From positions 160,001 through 224,000 of IMG/VR virus record IMGVR_UViG_3300021255_004000: DNA of 64,000 nt, one strand, 5' to 3'. Both the position numbers and the translations under genes were made by a program. Below are positions 59,214 to 64,000 of the stretch, piece after piece; positions within the stretch are counted from its first letter, which is position 1, and every line of letters starts with the position of its first letter. The notes beneath the pieces were generated by a model that did not search any database, was not told where the DNA came from, and saw only the letters and a program-made list of their open reading frames with translations. The stretch is from a virus (Duplodnaviria > Caudoviricetes).

Positions 59214-61229
59214 ATGCCGTTTATGTTCGGGGGCATCCGTGAAAATGCCAAAGCAAAAGACTTGAAAAAAGCTGAGGATATGATTGATGTTATCGTTTGT
59301 GATCATCAGTCTGATGTAGGTGATTATTACATCTTCTTGCTTGATAAACAACCTACTGATGCAATTAAGCAGCTTATATTAAATCGTATCCGTGATGAAG
59401 GATACACAAACTATATGGTACTTAACGCTGTTGAGTGTAAGTATCATAAAGAAGATTTGAAAGGTGAAGGTCTTACTGACTTTATGGTAAAGCACCGTTC
59501 AACTTGGCGTTCATACTTATATGATTACGAAGGCAAACACTGTAAAGCGATTATGTGTTTTGGTCCTGCGATGTATTCAATAAATGCTTCATCTGACATT
59601 ATGACAGGTGACTTTTATGATACGAAGATGTTGCACCCATACTATTATATGGGTCACGAAATCTTTAAGTATGATACATTTGTTTTCCCAGTTGATGGGA
59701 TTGATGACCTTTACCCAGTTTTGAAAAACTCAAGTAACACTGTCAACTTCAAGACAAGATTCTTCTTCGAACAGTTGAAGAATATGAAGAAAGAAAAATA
59801 TTCTTGGCAGCCCAACTTGAATGAACCGAAGTATGTTGTAATCAACAGTAAAGAAGAAGCTGATGATATGTTCAGACGCAATATGAATATGAAGTTGGTT
59901 GCATTCGATACTGAAACAAACGGTTTGAAGTTTTATAAAAACTACATTCACTGTCTTACAATCTGTTGGGACGGCATCACAGGTTATTATGTACCTTGGA
60001 AGTTTGTTGACCCAGTTCTCTTTGAAGAAAATGTAATGTCGTGTGAACACCGTACTGGTGCTAACCCAAAGTTCGACTTGAAGTTCTTTTGGCAACACGG
60101 TGTATCAAGACGCGTAAATGTTACAGATGCAACGGACCGACTTGCGCATTGTATTACATCTGAGGTAAAGTCAGGTTTGAAGCCGCTTGCATATCGTTAC
60201 ACTCCATTTGGTGGTTATGACATCAAACTTGACAAGTGGAAGAAAGAAACAAAGTGTGATGACTATACAAAGATACCAACAGAGATTTTGTCAAAGTATG
60301 CAACGATGGATGCGATTGCAACTTGGCGTATTCAAGTTGAACTTTGGTTGCTTGTTGATGAAATCGACAGAAACTTTCCAAATGAAAAATATCCTGAGTG
60401 GACAATTCGTCGTTGGTATGAAACACAATGTATGGAAATCTACAAGGAAATCTGTAATGTTGAATGGCGCGGTATTTATGTAAATGTTGAACTTATGAAT
60501 AAGTATCGTGAAGAACTTACAAAAGACCTTGATGAAAAAGAAGCAGAACTTCGTAAGATATGGGGTGTAGGTCCTGACTTCAACATTGGCTCAACAACTG
60601 AAGTTGGAAAGTTGTTTGAAAGATTGGGATGGGAATGTTTCGGCCGAAATGATGCTGGAGTTTATTTGACAAATGATGAAGCGATGGGAGCTTGGATAAG
60701 ACAGAATATGCCAGGCGCTGCATTGCTTGCAGAATGGCGTACTGAAAGAACATCAAGAAACTCATTCTTAGGTATCATTGATGAAAAAGGACAGGAAACA
60801 GGTTGGTTGCAATATATTTATCACGATGAGAAAGATGGCAATCCTGAAGAAGGTGGTTCATATCGAGTTCAGCAGTCTTATCTTGTAATGGGAACGGAAA
60901 CTTATCGTTTCATCGGTAAAGATCCAAACTTCCAAAACATTCCTACACGCAACAAGTATGCAGGATATGTAAAGAAATGTATTGATACACCACCTGCTGA
61001 TTTGTACACAATCGTAGGTGACAGCGGAAAAGAGTACAACCTTGCTGAGTTTGAACTTGTTTACACAAACGAGGGTTATAAAACAGCAAAGGAATGTTTC
61101 TCAAATATGCGTCGTTTGAAGTTTATTGAAAATGACCCAGAACATCCTGCAGTGTTAAGATGCGGTTTTGACAAACAAGAAGATGGTTCTTTCAACACTC
61201 CAGATCCTAAAGTTTGGTTTGGAGCATAA
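59214..61229 (+). CDS. polA: Family A DNA polymerase, N-terminal fragment (UDG-like domain, 3'-5' exonuclease, thumb, start of palm)
   Basis: VAFDTETNG (ExoI), NPKFDL (ExoII), YATMDA (ExoIII), FNIGS, TETYRF..DPNFQNIP; no canonical motif A. Confidence 0.88.
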   Translation: MPFMFGGIRENAKAKDLKKAEDMIDVIVCDHQSDVGDYYIFLLDKQPTDAIKQLILNRIRDEGYTNYMVLNAVECKYHKEDLKGEGLTDFMVKHRSTWRSYLYDYEGKHCKAIMCFGPAMYSINASSDIMTGDFYDTKMLHPYYYMGHEIFKYDTFVFPVDGIDDLYPVLKNSSNTVNFKTRFFFEQLKNMKKEKYSWQPNLNEPKYVVINSKEEADDMFRRNMNMKLVAFDTETNGLKFYKNYIHCLTICWDGITGYYVPWKFVDPVLFEENVMSCEHRTGANPKFDLKFFWQHGVSRRVNVTDATDRLAHCITSEVKSGLKPLAYRYTPFGGYDIKLDKWKKETKCDDYTKIPTEILSKYATMDAIATWRIQVELWLLVDEIDRNFPNEKYPEWTIRRWYETQCMEIYKEICNVEWRGIYVNVELMNKYREELTKDLDEKEAELRKIWGVGPDFNIGSTTEVGKLFERLGWECFGRNDAGVYLTNDEAMGAWIRQNMPGAALLAEWRTERTSRNSFLGIIDEKGQETGWLQYIYHDEKDGNPEEGGSYRVQQSYLVMGTETYRFIGKDPNFQNIPTRNKYAGYVKKCIDTPPADLYTIVGDSGKEYNLAEFELVYTNEGYKTAKECFSNMRRLKFIENDPEHPAVLRCGFDKQEDGSFNTPDPKVWFGA

Positions 61230-61233
61230 AAAA

Positions 61234-61332
61234 TGCCGAGGTGATTTCGGATTGGATAAATAAATATCTAAGGAGATATTTCAAGGCTTTTTCCCGCCAA
61301 TAGGATTCCATCCTGCCAATCAAACCTCGGCA
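61234..61332. ncRNA. Candidate structured non-coding RNA (multi-branch)
   Basis: 9-bp closing stem TGCCGAGGT/ACCTCGGCA, inner stem GATTGG/CCAATC, three internal hairpins. Confidence 0.4.
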
Positions 61333-61374
61333 ATAATTTAGTTTTTTTGTTTTCAAAAACTTTACACAAAAATA

Positions 61375-61398
61375 AAGGCGAGCCCTTAAACTCGCCTT
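61375..61398 (-). terminator. Intrinsic terminator
   Basis: AAGGCGAG..CTCGCCTT with T-rich tail on the minus strand. Confidence 0.7.
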
Positions 61399-61419
61399 AA
61401 ATATTTTCAAACTTTTAAT

Positions 61420-61806
61420 TTATTCCCAAACGCTTTCAAAATTGACTTCTGTCAACTGACCTGCTTTAATCTTTTTGAAAGTAGAAGCATTGCATCTTGT
61501 TACTCGAACAACCTTTAAGATGTTGTCAGGAATGTTTCTTTCTTTTGCAATTTTGTTTCGGAACTTAATTGCAGTTTCCATATACTTCATTCGTCTAGGA
61601 CCAATGAATGAGTAAATGCCGCCTTTAAGAATTACAGCATTTGCAGCAGAATGATCACCCCACTCGCTTTCGTAAGGAGTTCTTCCATATCTGTAATCGT
61701 GATAATATTTGATATGGTCTTTATCCTCATCATTCACCAGAATGTAATAAGGCACATCCATTTGATTTCTTGTTTTCTTAGGTGGTTGACTATGATTCCA
61801 ATACAT
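61420..61806 (-). CDS. Hypothetical protein
   Basis: 128 aa. Confidence 0.55.
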   Translation of the reverse strand: MYWNHSQPPKKTRNQMDVPYYILVNDEDKDHIKYYHDYRYGRTPYESEWGDHSAANAVILKGGIYSFIGPRRMKYMETAIKFRNKIAKERNIPDNILKVVRVTRCNASTFKKIKAGQLTEVNFESVWE

Positions 61807-61810
61807 AAGC

Positions 61811-62644
61811 TTACTTCCAGTTTGTTACAATTCTTCCATCAGGATGTATAATGATATTTGAATATCCATCTTTATAATCAACTGATGTTTGTCTTGTCAT
61901 ATCTCCGAGGCAAACCCTTGCCCACTTTCCTTTATAACGGAATGTACAGTATACGAAGAAGTCTCCAATTCTGAATGTTCCTACTTCAATTTCAGGATCT
62001 TCTCGCAACTGATTCCAAATATCAACACTGTACTCATCGTTGCCGATTTCTGTAAGGAATCTGAAAGAAAAGCCTTTCACATTCTCATACTTATCCATCA
62101 TCTTTTTGACATTTTCAACAGTCATTGTGTTGTTGTCAAAAATAGTTTGTAAGCAGCATCTGTCATCGAACAGTTCAATGTTAGGATGTACATAATCATT
62201 TGAACTGATATTGATAACAGGTATGTCAAGCTTCAAAATGTCAGGATTGTAAAGAGTTGTGTTTACAGAAAAGAATTTTCTTTCACCATTCTCACAAAAA
62301 GTATCGTACAACTTTTTCACGTGTTCAATGTAAAGCGAAGGTTCTCCGCCTGTAACTGAAACACGAGCTGTCGGATGATTTTTCAAAACTTTTTTAAGAG
62401 CTTCAATTTGGGCATCAAAGTTTTTGATACCTTTCATTGGGTTCTGTCTTTCAAGGCAAAATGGACAGTGGTAAGGACATTCTCTTGTCATAATAATCTG
62501 ACAGTTGATGTTGTAATAAAGCGGGCGACCAAACTCTGTGGAATCTTTTCGCTCGTTCATACGATATTCAAAGTCCTTCTGCATTTCATCTTTGATGAAC
62601 TGATAATTCGGTATGACCGGAATGAACGGTAATTTGCTGCTCAT
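61811..62644 (-). CDS. Radical SAM protein
   Basis: CPYHCPFC (CxxxCxxC), SVTGGEP, SVNT. Confidence 0.85.
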   Translation of the reverse strand: MSSKLPFIPVIPNYQFIKDEMQKDFEYRMNERKDSTEFGRPLYYNINCQIIMTRECPYHCPFCLERQNPMKGIKNFDAQIEALKKVLKNHPTARVSVTGGEPSLYIEHVKKLYDTFCENGERKFFSVNTTLYNPDILKLDIPVINISSNDYVHPNIELFDDRCCLQTIFDNNTMTVENVKKMMDKYENVKGFSFRFLTEIGNDEYSVDIWNQLREDPEIEVGTFRIGDFFVYCTFRYKGKWARVCLGDMTRQTSVDYKDGYSNIIIHPDGRIVTNWK

Positions 62645-62689
62645 AATTTGCTCCCTTTCAAATAAGGTGGGCTTGCGCCCACCTAAGTT

Positions 62690-63997
62690 TTAGTATCTGT
62701 CTACGATCTTGAGGATTTCTTTCATTGCAGATTCCTCATCGCAGTGGTATGTGTTGAGAACTTCAACCCAAGGATACTTTGTCTTAAGGTTGAGGTCAAC
62801 ATAGTTTGTTGCATTTCCACGAGGATCAGCAACTCCCAAGTTCAACCAAGCGTTGATTGAGCGGGCAGTATCACCAGCTTCATAGTTGCAAGAAGACTCA
62901 CGGATATCTGAACAAGTTTTCAAATCCTCGATGAAAGTCTTCTGCTTTTCAGAAGGCGTATTGTTGAAGTACTGCTTGATGCAGTGTACTGCCTGGTCAT
63001 AGCAGCTCTTTGTGTAAGAAGAGAAGATTGAAGTTGCATCCTTTACTTCTCTTTTTGTACCCAAGCTGAACATCTTTGATACAAGGGATGTATCATTTGT
63101 GAATGTGTTGATGAGATATTCATCCCAGTTAGGAAGTTCCATCGGATTTTTGAGGTACTTCTGAAGTCTTTTGTAATCGCCCATCTTGATGTAGGCAATC
63201 TTCTTTCTGAAAACATCAGCATTCAACCAAGAAGCCATTTTGCGGAACTTGCTGTCGATATCTTCCTTCTTCCAAATTGTAGTTGCACGGTCAAGAGAGC
63301 GAACATAATTCTCGTTTCCTCTTGAGATACACATTATCATTCCTGCGTCAACACATTCCTGATAAGTTTTGTTACCTTCGTTTGTTTCAAACAACGGAAG
63401 GTTGATTGCAGCAGCGCGAGGAGCAGCAACATCATTCTTTTCAACCTTTACATTCTTGTAAGATTCATAAGAACTGATTGTCGGATTGTCAGCCCCAAGA
63501 AGTTTTGCAAGTTTTGCGGCATCAGGTCCAAGGATGTAAGTAACCTTAGGATCATCTCCGCGGTTGTTCTTTGCTGCTTCGAGTTCAAGGATTGTTGAAG
63601 GCACACCAGGAAGATAGCGCATATCTTCGTCAAGAGTGAACTTGTCGTAAGCCTTCTTTTCCATCGTCATAAAGAAGATGTTTTCAGGATGTTCAAAAGT
63701 AATGTTTGAAGCGAAGTTTTCAACAGGTCTTGTCCTCATAAACTGTGAGGAACGATACTTGCGAACAAGACGCTTATTGTTGTTACGCATTCCATAAACA
63801 ATCATAAAGTCCTTGTCTGCAATTTTCTTGAGTTCATTGTCAAAAGCTGTCTGACGAGCTTTCAAATCAGAGCCGATACCTGCATTATCTTCATTAAGAA
63901 CAGATGCATATTTGTCGGCGATATACATAACAGTTTCGACCTCATTACCGTGAAGGTCCTTCCACTGTCTTTCGTAGTTTACCATAGTGTCCTCCAT
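62690..63997 (-). CDS. Hypothetical protein, probably 5'-truncated by the window edge
   Basis: Open frame to the window end, at least 435 aa. Confidence 0.6.
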   Translation of the reverse strand: MEDTMVNYERQWKDLHGNEVETVMYIADKYASVLNEDNAGIGSDLKARQTAFDNELKKIADKDFMIVYGMRNNNKRLVRKYRSSQFMRTRPVENFASNITFEHPENIFFMTMEKKAYDKFTLDEDMRYLPGVPSTILELEAAKNNRGDDPKVTYILGPDAAKLAKLLGADNPTISSYESYKNVKVEKNDVAAPRAAAINLPLFETNEGNKTYQECVDAGMIMCISRGNENYVRSLDRATTIWKKEDIDSKFRKMASWLNADVFRKKIAYIKMGDYKRLQKYLKNPMELPNWDEYLINTFTNDTSLVSKMFSLGTKREVKDATSIFSSYTKSCYDQAVHCIKQYFNNTPSEKQKTFIEDLKTCSDIRESSCNYEAGDTARSINAWLNLGVADPRGNATNYVDLNLKTKYPWVEVLNTYHCDEESAMKEILKIVDRY

Positions 63998-64000
63998 TTG

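Noticed and set aside
60990-61229. Functional split intein at the end of the polA N-fragment
   Set aside because: Only a loose block A resemblance with no Cys/Ser at the expected position, and the C-fragment has no HN-C/S/T junction; kept only as a remark
423-62632. Many 60-320 aa ORFs antisense to or nested in the called genes (e.g. 423-959, 40792-41757, 41736-42371, 58532-58893)
   Set aside because: Shadow frames of well-supported genes, with no RBS or motifs
1-64000. tRNA, rRNA, integrase or transposase genes
   Set aside because: None recognised by eye; intergenic gaps are short and explained by promoters and terminators, though a covariance search was not run

Overview
This 64-kb window is part of a large, AT-rich myovirus (jumbo-phage-like) genome. 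It carries a large terminase, a neck-like protein, a 976-aa contractile tail sheath, a sigma-factor-like protein, a beta-clamp-like protein, a FEN/RNase H-type exonuclease, an Mre11/SbcD nuclease and long runs of small minus-strand ORFans. The host is inferred to be a spirochete (Treponema-like), because the phage encodes a Treponema-type flagellin (FlaB) and a signal-peptide-bearing FlaA sheath homolog. Main observations: (1) a phage FlaB+FlaA periplasmic-flagellum module with a CsrA-type GGA-hairpin leader, plus a membrane GGDEF protein at the left edge that the ORF track missed; (2) a complete Preiss-Handler NAD+ salvage set (PncA, PncB, NadD, NadE, plus a Nudix hydrolase), different from the NARP1/NARP2 routes; (3) an NAD-dependent DNA ligase split into two genes 23.5 kb apart, and a family-A polymerase split into permuted pieces with no canonical motif A; (4) at least nine otherwise dissimilar proteins sharing a strand-helix-PxxFxG-strand module; (5) an identical 29-bp element at three divergent strand switches about 25-27 kb apart; (6) three recurring promoter-like motifs and a candidate structured RNA. 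All calls come from reading motifs by eye; no database searches were run.
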